Below are positions 1 to 7,998 of a DNA stretch of 42,765 nucleotides, piece by piece. A program made the position numbers and the translations under genes. The first letter of the stretch is position 1. Every line of letters starts with the position of its first letter. The notes under the pieces were generated by a model. It made no database searches. It had not been told where the DNA came from and saw nothing but the letters and a program-made list of their open reading frames with translations. This DNA is from a virus: positions 1-42,765 of IMG/VR virus record IMGVR_UViG_3300045988_159064, one strand, 5' to 3'.

Positions 1-119
1 GGATTTTCACAATCACCGAGGAAAAGAACGGCTGGGGCAAATTGAAATCCGGCGCCGGCTGGATTTGCCTGACGGTCAGCTGTGTAAAGAGGGTATAAAA
101 AGCAGCAGCAAAAAAAAAC
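1..119. repeat. Terminal direct repeat, copy 1 (identical to 42647-42765). Circular-assembly overlap carrying the last 98 nt of the endolysin CDS.
   Basis: Bases 1-119 match 42647-42765 base for base. The TAA at 96-98 corresponds to the endolysin stop at 42742-42744. Confidence 0.95.
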
Positions 120-144
120 TTATATATATAGAAGGAACGTGAAA

Positions 145-175
145 ACAGCGGCGCTTTTTGCCGCTGTTTTTTTTT
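145..175 (+). terminator. Rho-independent terminator after the lysis module
   Basis: Stem ACAGCGGC / GCCGCTGT with a 7-nt loop, followed by a run of 9 T. Confidence 0.8.
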
Positions 176-268
176 GAAAAATTCACAAAAAAAACACATT
201 TTGTTAGTTAAGACTAACCGAAAAATCAAGAATATTGACTTCAAATAAAAATTTGGAGGGCGTATTTT

Positions 269-1534
269 ATGGAAATGACGATGCAAGAACTGGTAAAATG
301 TGGTATAATCAGCATTGAGGATATAGAGAGAGCCGAGGCCTGTAAGAGGCAGGAGGTTCTAATGAATAAAGGTATAGAGACCCCAAAAATAACAAAACGC
401 AGCGAGACAAAATTTGTATGCTGTCTGCCGCGCAGGTATTCTCAGGACGGGAAACGCCGCCAGGTAGTAGGAAAAACAGAGGCAGAATGTATCAACAATT
501 ATCAGAAAATAGTTTATGAATATGTTACGGGAGAGGCCAAAAAGGCGAAAACCGTATCAGAATTGTTTACAGAATGGCTGCAGTCACGCCGCGGCGCTGT
601 TACGAACACAACCCTTGACGCATACAGAAATGTATATAAGAATCACATAAAAGAAACAGCATTCGGGCAATTACAATTAGGGGATGTAAAGCTGCCTGAA
701 TGCCAAGACTTCATAAAGACATTATACCACAAAAATCTGGCATATGGAACAATAAAATTCATCAGACGCATCACATCATCTGTATTATATTACGGCGTAG
801 TGCACGGCTACCTGGAAGAAAACCCGCTGCATAAGGTCAAAATCAACCCGAATATATGCAAAGGACAGAAGAAACATAGTCAGGACGCCTGGACAGATGA
901 GGAGCTGTCTAAGATATGGAGCGAGTCAGAACGGTTATGGAATGAGAGGAAAAAATACAGACACTCTGCTTTAATTATGCTGCTAAATTACACCGGCTGC
1001 CGTGTAGGTGAATTGCTGGCCGCAAGATGGAGCGACGTAGATTTTGAAAAGAAAACTCTGACGATAAGCAAAAACCGCGTAAGCTATCACGACCCGGACA
1101 CCGAGGAGAAACGCTTTGAGATGCATAACGCAAAGAGTATCAACAGCCGTCGGACGCTGCATCTGACAGACACAGCGCTGTACTGGTTAAAGGAGATTCG
1201 CCGCAGAAGCGAAGCCTCCGGCGTTTTAAATGATTTTATTGTTGTAGGACGTAACGGGCGCCCGATGGACCAGCCGCACATTGACGTAAGGATTAAAACA
1301 TTTTGCGAGGCCATAGGAATCACATACCGAAGCAGTCATGCGTGTAGGCGTACATATGCAACAACGCTTATTGACGGAGGAATCCCGATAAGTGACGTCA
1401 GCCGCGATTTAGGCCACAGCAGCGTAATTACTACACAGCAGCACTACTACAAACCGCGTGTAGAAAACATTGACCGCCAGACAGGTCAGAAAAATGAAAT
1501 TTTCTTGGCAACAGTTGGCAACAGGGTAGGATAA
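269..1534 (+). CDS. int: Tyrosine recombinase / phage integrase
   Basis: 421-aa ORF with GGAGG 9 nt upstream. Catalytic signature read by eye: TGCRVGEL (Arg), HACRRT (HxxR), GHSSVITTQQHYY (His...Tyr). Confidence 0.9.
   Translation: MEMTMQELVKCGIISIEDIERAEACKRQEVLMNKGIETPKITKRSETKFVCCLPRRYSQDGKRRQVVGKTEAECINNYQKIVYEYVTGEAKKAKTVSELFTEWLQSRRGAVTNTTLDAYRNVYKNHIKETAFGQLQLGDVKLPECQDFIKTLYHKNLAYGTIKFIRRITSSVLYYGVVHGYLEENPLHKVKINPNICKGQKKHSQDAWTDEELSKIWSESERLWNERKKYRHSALIMLLNYTGCRVGELLAARWSDVDFEKKTLTISKNRVSYHDPDTEEKRFEMHNAKSINSRRTLHLTDTALYWLKEIRRRSEASGVLNDFIVVGRNGRPMDQPHIDVRIKTFCEAIGITYRSSHACRRTYATTLIDGGIPISDVSRDLGHSSVITTQQHYYKPRVENIDRQTGQKNEIFLATVGNRVG
1505..1524 (+). repeat. Tandem decamers TTGGCAACAG x2 at the 3' end of int
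   Basis: Exact tandem repeat read from the sequence. A second pair lies at 1647-1667. Confidence 0.8.
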
Positions 1535-1646
1535 CCCGAAGAGCCCATAAATATGCGGCTCAGACGCCAAAAGGCAAAATATCAAAAATAATATTACTTT
1601 CATAAAAGCAGGCTAAAATAAAGGCTTTCTTAATCCTCAAAATCAT

Positions 1647-1667
1647 TTGGCAACAGTTTGGCAACAC
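1647..1667 (+). repeat. Second pair of TTGGCAACA(G/C) decamers, downstream of int
   Basis: TTGGCAACAG, then T, then TTGGCAACAC, 142 bp after the first pair. Confidence 0.8.
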
Positions 1668-1704
1668 CCCCTGCTGCCGATTCTCAAGGTCATAATAACG
1701 TATT

Positions 1705-1726
1705 CGCCGTCAAAGGCGTTTTTTTT
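1705..1726 (+). terminator. Weak terminator after int
   Basis: 4-bp GC stem CGCC/GGCG with a 6-nt loop, followed by 8 T. Confidence 0.45.
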
Positions 1727-1737
1727 ATGCAAAAAAA

Positions 1738-1772
1738 TTTTCAAAATATTTTTTTTTCTGCATATTAAATAT
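1738..1772 (+). promoter_or_regulatory. Phage-type promoter element P1 (TTTTCA-17-CATATTAAAT)
   Basis: Member of the 13-14 copy motif family. A-tract upstream; precedes the SNF2 operon. Confidence 0.6.
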
Positions 1773-1834
1773 AGGACGCGAAAGCGCCTCACAATATATG
1801 ACGACGTCAGATAAAAAATAGAGGAGAAAAGAAT

Positions 1835-3175
1835 ATGAAAAAACAGTTATATGATTTCCAGCGGCAGGCGCTGGATAAAATACAAGACCGCGACAATGCG
1901 GCGCTATTTTGGCAGATGGGCGCCGGAAAGACGGTTTCCGCAATAGAATTAACAGAACGAGAGACATGGAACACGCCAACGTTGATTTGCCTGGTATTAA
2001 AGTCCACCGTCAGCCAGTGGATAGACGAGTTGAAAGAGCAGACAGACCGGCAGGTGTTCAATGGCTATAAGAAGAGCAAAAAGGACGGAATACGGGCTTT
2101 TATAGATGCGACCGGTAGAAAAGCCTTGGTAATTGGTTACGACGCGTATAAAGCCAAATCAGCGGCTGAATTGAGGCAATATATCAATGATAACGCCGAG
2201 CAGGTTACGATGACGTGCGATGAGTCTAGTCTGATAGGACCTATGACCAGCGAAAGGACAAAGGCGGTTATGAAGACAAAAGTAAGACACCGGCTGCTAT
2301 TGTCCGGAACCCCGGCAACTGGGGGTAAACTCGAAGCAATTATTCCGACGGCCTGCATGCTGGGCTGGCATATTACGAAAGAGCAGTTTTTGCAGCAGTT
2401 CTGTCACATCTACGAGTGGACAGACCCGACCCGCCCCTGGATGACGATACCGATTATACAGGGCTATAAAAACATAGATAAATTGCGTGAGGGATTACAG
2501 GAGCACGGCGGCTCTTTCATAACTATGGAGGAGGCCGGGGTGCAGTTACCGGAGACAACCGAGCAGATAATCTCCATACAGCCCCCGCCGGAATACAGGA
2601 AATTTATGAAAAATGGCATTGTTAAAATTGGTGACACCGAGATTGTTGGCGAAAACAATCTGACAAAAATGCTCTATGCAAGGCAGATTTGCTCTGTATA
2701 TAACCCGGCCAAAGCTGCGGCTCTGGAAGAGTTATTGCAGCAGGCGGGCGACGAGCCCGTGGTAATTTTCTATAACTGGACGGCGGAGCTTTACGTTCTG
2801 CAAAAAATCAGAGAGAAATTGGGCCGCCCGATGTCAATAGTAAACGGGCAGAAAAAAGACCTTAAAGAGTATGAAAACGGAACACCAGGGACGGTTATTT
2901 TGTGCCAGTATCAGGCGGCCAGTATGGGGCTGAATCTACAAAAAAACGCGAGGATATGCGTTTTTTACAGCCAATGCCTCTCATACAGCGATTACGAGCA
3001 GGCGAAAGCAAGAATACACAGAATAGGGCAGAGTAGAAATTGCAATTTCTATAATCTCATATGCAGTGATAGCATTGAGGAGGACATCCTGGAGACGCTG
3101 GAACAGCGAAAAGATTACACCGAGCAGCTGTTTACAGAGAAACACGGCAGAAAGCGGGAGGTGAAGGCAGCATGA
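1835..3175 (+). CDS. SNF2-family (SF2) DNA helicase/translocase
   Basis: 446 aa with a GAGGAG RBS. Walker A QMGAGKT, DESS box, motif VI HRIGQ. Confidence 0.85.
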   Translation: MKKQLYDFQRQALDKIQDRDNAALFWQMGAGKTVSAIELTERETWNTPTLICLVLKSTVSQWIDELKEQTDRQVFNGYKKSKKDGIRAFIDATGRKALVIGYDAYKAKSAAELRQYINDNAEQVTMTCDESSLIGPMTSERTKAVMKTKVRHRLLLSGTPATGGKLEAIIPTACMLGWHITKEQFLQQFCHIYEWTDPTRPWMTIPIIQGYKNIDKLREGLQEHGGSFITMEEAGVQLPETTEQIISIQPPPEYRKFMKNGIVKIGDTEIVGENNLTKMLYARQICSVYNPAKAAALEELLQQAGDEPVVIFYNWTAELYVLQKIREKLGRPMSIVNGQKKDLKEYENGTPGTVILCQYQAASMGLNLQKNARICVFYSQCLSYSDYEQAKARIHRIGQSRNCNFYNLICSDSIEEDILETLEQRKDYTEQLFTEKHGRKREVKAA

Positions 3176-3291
3176 CATATCAGATAATAATAAGTCATCA
3201 GTTAATAAGCTACATTATAGGAACCGTAATTGGTCTTGCGATAGTACTACTGGTAGAGCTGATAATAGCGATTATTAAAAGCAGGAGGTGA
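3172..3291 (+). CDS. Small hydrophobic single-pass membrane peptide (39 aa)
   Basis: ATGA overlap with the SNF2 stop. Sequence MTYQIIISHQLISYIIGTVIGLAIVLLVELIIAIIKSRR. Below the ORF-track length cutoff. Confidence 0.35.
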   Translation: MTYQIIISHQLISYIIGTVIGLAIVLLVELIIAIIKSRR

Positions 3292-3296
3292 TAGAG

Positions 3297-3551
3297 ATGA
3301 ACGATTTTTTAAAATTCTTTAATGAAAAGAAAAATGATTTCCCGATGCATATGGAGATATATTACAGCAAGGTTATGGATTGGTGCATTTCAATCACAAA
3401 AAAGGGCTGTGCCAAAGATTACCCAGGAGCAAAAGCCTATAGGGATGATGTTGAAATTGTAAATGTTCAGGATGCAGACATGGAGTTATGTTTTGCAAGA
3501 GCCCATGTAGAACTGAAAGATTGGCTGTTAGAGTATAGGGGTGGATATTAA
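3297..3551 (+). CDS. Hypothetical protein, domain A (paralog of the N-terminus of 9392-10123)
   Basis: AGGAGG 8 nt upstream of the ATG. Shares the NDFL-F/Y-F...PMH-EIYYS-VMDWCI...AD...WL-E pattern with the 9392 ORF. Confidence 0.7.
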   Translation: MNDFLKFFNEKKNDFPMHMEIYYSKVMDWCISITKKGCAKDYPGAKAYRDDVEIVNVQDADMELCFARAHVELKDWLLEYRGGY

Positions 3552-3579
3552 ATTATGAAAAATATTAAAAAAGCTGATT

Positions 3580-3933
3580 TTGGCCTGTCCGTTAGTGGTA
3601 TTAGTATGGAACATAACTAAGGAATGGAAAGAGACCAAGGAACTGGAGGAAAGAGCCCGCCGAGATATGGCCGAGATAGACGCCGAAGAGAGAGAAAGAG
3701 AGGCGGAGCGCCGTAATATCCCGAGGCCGGAGAAGCCCGGGGATGTGGCGGTAGAAGAACGCGAGGGTACATTTATTACTATGGACAATAAGAAACACCA
3801 TCTGAGATTTATCGGACTATACTGCAAGGGAAAGTTTATAGATGAATATGCGACCAGGACAGAAGCCGAAGCGGCGCGGTTACAGTATCTATATGATAAC
3901 GGAGTTACAGACAAGGAGGATTTTGCATTATGA
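3580..3933 (+). CDS. Hypothetical protein, domain B (TEAEAARLQ-type C-terminus); start uncertain
   Basis: The ORF-track start is a TTG with no RBS. The first in-frame ATG is at 3667. The C-terminus is paralogous to 3930-4271. Confidence 0.5.
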   Translation: MACPLVVLVWNITKEWKETKELEERARRDMAEIDAEEREREAERRNIPRPEKPGDVAVEEREGTFITMDNKKHHLRFIGLYCKGKFIDEYATRTEAEAARLQYLYDNGVTDKEDFAL

Positions 3934-4271
3934 CACTCGATTTTACAGACGCCCCGATAATATATAGCTACGAAACGGAAGCGATGCGAAATACATATGC
4001 CAGTTGCTATGCTGCAACGCTAGGCATAAGCGCTGCCCGCCTGGTGGTAATGGAGCCGTGTCCTCTGCTGTTCTATGGCTTCCTCAAGCAGTTCGGCGAG
4101 GATTACTATCCAAGGCTAGAGGTGGCATTGCGGGCAAGTTTATGTATCAAGGACGAATGCGGCCACCTGATGGCCATTGCGTTCTATGACACAACTACTG
4201 AGGCCGAGGCGGCGAGGCTGCAATTTATCAAAGATTATAACATTGAGAATGAGGAGGATTTCACATTATGA
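3930..4271 (+). CDS. Hypothetical protein, domain B paralog
   Basis: ATGA-type overlap with the upstream gene. C-terminus TTTEAEAARLQFIKDYNIENEEDFTL compares with TRTEAEAARLQYLYDNGVTDKEDFAL. Confidence 0.7.
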   Translation: MTLDFTDAPIIYSYETEAMRNTYASCYAATLGISAARLVVMEPCPLLFYGFLKQFGEDYYPRLEVALRASLCIKDECGHLMAIAFYDTTTEAEAARLQFIKDYNIENEEDFTL

Positions 4272-4399
4272 GTATACTAATAGGATTTATTGCCGGATTG
4301 GTTACCGGCATTGCGCTAATGTTAGGTACATTTTTCTGTATTGCGACAGTGACACTGAAAAAAGAAAGAGACAAAAATAAAGACAAAGAGACCAAATAA
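4268..4399 (+). CDS. Small single-pass membrane peptide (43 aa) with a Lys-rich tail
   Basis: ATGA overlap with the upstream stop. Sequence MSILIGFIAGLVTGIALMLGTFFCIATVTLKKERDKNKDKETK. Its stop lies inside the terminator stem. Confidence 0.4.
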   Translation: MSILIGFIAGLVTGIALMLGTFFCIATVTLKKERDKNKDKETK

Positions 4400-4412
4400 G
4401 GTCTCTTTTTTT
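4387..4412 (+). terminator. Rho-independent terminator ending the first early operon
   Basis: Stem AGAGACC/GGTCTCT, loop AAATAA, then 7 T. Confidence 0.8.
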
Positions 4413-4415
4413 AGA

Positions 4416-4454
4416 GTAAATGTACACACGAAACGCGGTCGTGTGTATGTTTAC
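4416..4454 (+). other. Long hairpin (15-bp stem including two G.U pairs)
   Basis: GTAAATGTACACACG, a 9-nt loop, then CGTGTGTATGTTTAC. Lies between the terminator and promoter P2. Confidence 0.6.
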
Positions 4455-4461
4455 TAAAAAA

Positions 4462-4495
4462 TTTTCATTTTAAAAATTATTCTGCATATTAATAG
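4462..4495 (+). promoter_or_regulatory. Phage-type promoter element P2 (TTTTCA-17-CATATTAATA)
   Basis: Motif family member with no ORF downstream. Confidence 0.55.
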
Positions 4496-4581
4496 TGTAA
4501 GAAAAAAATGGAATAAACGCCCCGGCGTATAGTATAGAAGATGAAGAGATAAAAGAGCCCGGAGAGCGAAGCAAAAAGCGT

Positions 4582-4620
4582 TTTTTATTCTATAAATTTT
4601 TCAGCATATTATATATGTAA
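4582..4620 (+). promoter_or_regulatory. Phage-type promoter element P3 (TTTTTA-17-CATATTATATATGTAA)
   Basis: Motif family member with no ORF downstream. Confidence 0.55.
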
Positions 4621-4657
4621 AGACAAGGAAGAGTAAAAACAAAGTCTTTCAAAAAAA

Positions 4658-4692
4658 TTTTCATTTTCTAAATTATTTGGCATATTAATAAT
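4658..4692 (+). promoter_or_regulatory. Phage-type promoter element P4 (TTTTCA-17-CATATTAATA)
   Basis: Motif family member; duplicate of P2, about 199 bp downstream of it. Confidence 0.55.
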
Positions 4693-4761
4693 GAGAGATA
4701 AACGCAGGGGAATATAGATGAGATGAATAGAGGAGCCCCGGGAGCGATACAAAAAAAATGA

Positions 4762-4797
4762 TTTTTATTTCTCAAAAAATTTAGCATATTAATAACA
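4762..4797 (+). promoter_or_regulatory. Phage-type promoter element P5 (TTTTTA-17-CATATTAATA)
   Basis: Motif family member; duplicate of P3, about 180 bp downstream of it. Confidence 0.55.
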
Positions 4798-4834
4798 GAA
4801 GGAAAAGAAAAAAAACAACCAGCCGATAAGGCAT

Positions 4835-4876
4835 CAAAATTTTATTAAAAAAAATTGCATATACCATATATGCAAA
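4835..4876 (+). promoter_or_regulatory. Degenerate promoter-like element P6 (TTGCATATACCATATATGC)
   Basis: Shares only the GCATAT core and the A/T-rich upstream region. Lies immediately before the RBS of the 4895 gene. Confidence 0.3.
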
Positions 4877-4894
4877 AACTAGGAGGAAAAAGTT

Positions 4895-6121
4895 ATGAAA
4901 ACAAATAAATTTAAAGAAATGATTATGGCTGAGGCCGAAACAATAAAGAACGAAGAGGTAAGAAACCTTACTATCAGAGTAAGAACACAGCGAGCAATCG
5001 ACGCGCTGCACGACCAATGGAACCGTGTATGTATGCATATTGATAATGTGCCAGCAGAAGAAATGTCTGAAGAGTATGCTGAGTTTATTAGAAAAATAAA
5101 CTATGCTGACAGATTAATATCTAATGCATCAGGACAGGGAGAATTAACAGATATTAATTACGGAAGAAATATCTATGAAAAACAGGTAAGAACACATAGA
5201 GACAGTGAAGATATTCATATTCAGCAATTTATTAGCGAATGGGACAGAACAGAAAACGAGATAGCAGAAATCAGGGCAGAAATTCAGGAGCTGAGAGATA
5301 TGTGGAAAGCCGCAGGCGGTTATGATTTATGGGAACAGCACGATGAAGACGAATTAGCATTATCAGAAATCGACCTGGATACAGAGGAAACAATAGATGT
5401 GGAAACAGAAAGACAAGAGAGAGAATCACTAGAAAGAGGATGGGCTGAGTTAATTGAAATGGAAAAGGCAATGAATGAAGCAAAAGCACCAAGCAAAAAA
5501 GACGAGATGATTGAAACAGTTGAAAATACATATGACATGGTAGGAGCAGCAAGAACGATTAAGAACTACACAGGAATCAGTGATAATGAGATTGACTCTG
5601 ATTACGTTGAGTACATTGTAAGACATCTATTCAGCGACGATGAGACGCAGGAGCAGCGAAACAAAGAGAGACTAATGGAGTACTACGAAAAGCAGCCGGA
5701 AAAATTCTTTGATGATTTTGATTCAGAGGATTTAGTAATCCGTATGGCAGAGGACCTGGCTAAAATTCAGTATGATGATTTAATCAAACGATACGGTTTC
5801 AAGGAGCTGAGTTATGCCCCATATAACCCAGAATTTGCAGCAAGTGAGGCAAATTACAACCGGGAAATGTCATTAGAGCTGGCGGGTACAAAGTGCGAAA
5901 TTGTTGAATCAATGCCAGAATTAGAGGATGTGGTAAAGTCCAAAATAATCTCTGACAACAATTTTTGCAAATTAATCAATATGTATAAAAAATGTGGTTT
6001 TAAAGACTGGAAAGATAAGGTGATATTGCCGAACTATGTAGCACATGACGCAGTAAGATGTCACGACCAGGATTGGCTAGTAGATTATGTCATTAACAAA
6101 TCAGCAATCAGAGGTGAATAA
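4895..6121 (+). CDS. Highly acidic hypothetical protein (408 aa)
   Basis: AGGAGG RBS. Long Asp/Glu-rich central region. No catalytic motif recognised. Confidence 0.75.
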   Translation: MKTNKFKEMIMAEAETIKNEEVRNLTIRVRTQRAIDALHDQWNRVCMHIDNVPAEEMSEEYAEFIRKINYADRLISNASGQGELTDINYGRNIYEKQVRTHRDSEDIHIQQFISEWDRTENEIAEIRAEIQELRDMWKAAGGYDLWEQHDEDELALSEIDLDTEETIDVETERQERESLERGWAELIEMEKAMNEAKAPSKKDEMIETVENTYDMVGAARTIKNYTGISDNEIDSDYVEYIVRHLFSDDETQEQRNKERLMEYYEKQPEKFFDDFDSEDLVIRMAEDLAKIQYDDLIKRYGFKELSYAPYNPEFAASEANYNREMSLELAGTKCEIVESMPELEDVVKSKIISDNNFCKLINMYKKCGFKDWKDKVILPNYVAHDAVRCHDQDWLVDYVINKSAIRGE

Positions 6122-6122
6122 G

Positions 6123-7433
6123 ATGAAAAAATATTTAGAAAAGAATGTATATGAAGCAACAATGGAGCGAATAAAATTCATCTTTGATGAGTTTGACAAC
6201 GTGCTCGTAAGTTTCTCCGGAGGCAAAGACTCAACCGTATGTATGGATATGTGTTATGACTACGCTAAACAACACGATATGCTAGATAAATTGGCGATGT
6301 ATCATTTAGATTATGAGGCTCAGTATCAGATGACGACAGATTATGTAACAGACGCATTCAACAATTATCCAGAGATACGAAAATGGTGGTTATGTCTACC
6401 GATAGAGGCACAATGTGCGTGCAGGATGGACGGGGCGTTTTGGACGCCCTGGGCTCCTGAAAATAAAGATATTTGGGTTAGAGATATGCCAGATAATAAA
6501 TATGTTATCAACGAAAACAATGCACCATTTGAGGTAAAACGGGGATTGACAGACAATGAAATGCAAAGAACATTTACAGATTGGTTTATTAGTCAATACG
6601 GAAGAACAGCAATCGTCGTTGGGATTAGATGTCAGGAACCATACGACCGGTTACAGATAATCACGAGTACAGACCATAATTTGAGATACAAAGGTAAAAA
6701 ATGGACAATTACGTCTCATATTAAAAATACAACTCACGGAATCAGTACCTTTGCATACATAATCTACGATTGGCAGGTTGAGGATGTCTGGACATATTTT
6801 GGAATAACAGGATATAGATACAACAGATTATATGACCTGTTTTATCAGGCAGGATGCAAATTAGGAGATATGAGGGTTGCCTCACCATTCAATGATTGCG
6901 GTATACACAATCTAAAATTATATAAAGTTATAGACCCGAAGAACTGGGCTAAGATGGTCGGGAGAGTCAACGGGGCAAATTTCGCCGGACTATACGGAGG
7001 AACGACAGCGATGGGCTGGAGAAAAATAATCTTGCCGCCAGGACATACCTGGAAATCATATTGCTATTTCTTATTATCCACATTAGACGAGAAACTAAAA
7101 TCTCATTATGAAAGAATTCTTGCAACATCATTAAAATATTGGTGCGAAAAGGGCGGCTTTGTATGTGAGGATATTATGGATGAAGTGGAGGCTCTCGAGG
7201 CTGATTATGAAGATATGGGAACCAGCACTAGATACAATAATCAAAGAATATTAAAGTTCACACAATACCCCGACGATTGCAAAACAAAATCATTCGCAAA
7301 GCTGCCATCATACAAAAGAATGTGTATCTGTATTATGAAAAACGATTACTGCTGTACATATATGGGATTCGGAAAAACAAAAGAAGCAATAGAAAAAAGA
7401 AAAATCACAATGGAAAAATATAAAAATTTATAA
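6123..7433 (+). CDS. PAPS-reductase-family PP-loop protein, IbrA-like
   Basis: PP-loop motif VSFSGGKDS near the N-terminus, plus a long C-terminal extension. Start moved to the ATG at 6123 (GAGGTG RBS) from the track start at 6087. Confidence 0.8.
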   Translation: MKKYLEKNVYEATMERIKFIFDEFDNVLVSFSGGKDSTVCMDMCYDYAKQHDMLDKLAMYHLDYEAQYQMTTDYVTDAFNNYPEIRKWWLCLPIEAQCACRMDGAFWTPWAPENKDIWVRDMPDNKYVINENNAPFEVKRGLTDNEMQRTFTDWFISQYGRTAIVVGIRCQEPYDRLQIITSTDHNLRYKGKKWTITSHIKNTTHGISTFAYIIYDWQVEDVWTYFGITGYRYNRLYDLFYQAGCKLGDMRVASPFNDCGIHNLKLYKVIDPKNWAKMVGRVNGANFAGLYGGTTAMGWRKIILPPGHTWKSYCYFLLSTLDEKLKSHYERILATSLKYWCEKGGFVCEDIMDEVEALEADYEDMGTSTRYNNQRILKFTQYPDDCKTKSFAKLPSYKRMCICIMKNDYCCTYMGFGKTKEAIEKRKITMEKYKNL

Positions 7434-7446
7434 GAGGAAATGACTT

Positions 7447-7998
7447 ATGTTTAAATCACCAGTTTACAATATTAAAGCAATACCAATAGAAAAAATACAG
7501 GCGAACGCATACAACCCGAACAGTGTAGCACCGCCAGAGATGAAATTATTATATAAATCAATTTTAGAGGATGGATATACAATGCCGATTGTATGCTACC
7601 ACATACCAGAGACAGATACATATGAAATTGTTGACGGGTATCACCGATATCTCACTATGAAACAGCACAAAGATATCTACGACCGCGAGGGCGGTTGTCT
7701 GCCAGTATCTGTTATAGATAAGCCGTTATCAGACAGGATGGCTAGCACAATCAGACATAACAGAGCCAGAGGAACTCACAGTATAGAGCTAATGACAAAT
7801 ATAGTTGCGGAGTTAGTTGAAAGCGGGATGTCTGACGCGTGGATTATGAAAAATATAGGCATGGATGCAGAGGAGCTTTTAAGATTAAAACAAATAAGCG
7901 GGCTTGCAGCATTATTTAAAGACAAAGATTTTTCACACGCATGGACAGCAGGAGGTGATGAGGATGACAAAAACGGGGATGGCGATAATTGCCAATAG
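7447..7998 (+). CDS. ParB/Srx-fold N-terminal domain protein, IbrB-like
   Basis: Motifs NAYNPNSV and IVDGYHRY (DGxHR), immediately downstream of the PAPS-reductase-like gene. Confidence 0.8.
   Translation: MFKSPVYNIKAIPIEKIQANAYNPNSVAPPEMKLLYKSILEDGYTMPIVCYHIPETDTYEIVDGYHRYLTMKQHKDIYDREGGCLPVSVIDKPLSDRMASTIRHNRARGTHSIELMTNIVAELVESGMSDAWIMKNIGMDAEELLRLKQISGLAALFKDKDFSHAWTAGGDEDDKNGDGDNCQ

Noticed and set aside
3555-3620. A 21-codon ORF with a good RBS, in a different frame from 3580-3933, with an A6G run at 3567-3573. Considered as a possible frameshift or sequencing indel joining the two.
   Set aside because: Joining would need a +1 shift, not a -1 shift, and the A-run is not in a slippery register. 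Six A residues are too few for efficient transcriptional slippage. This is left as an unresolved start-site problem for the 3580 ORF rather than claimed as recoding.
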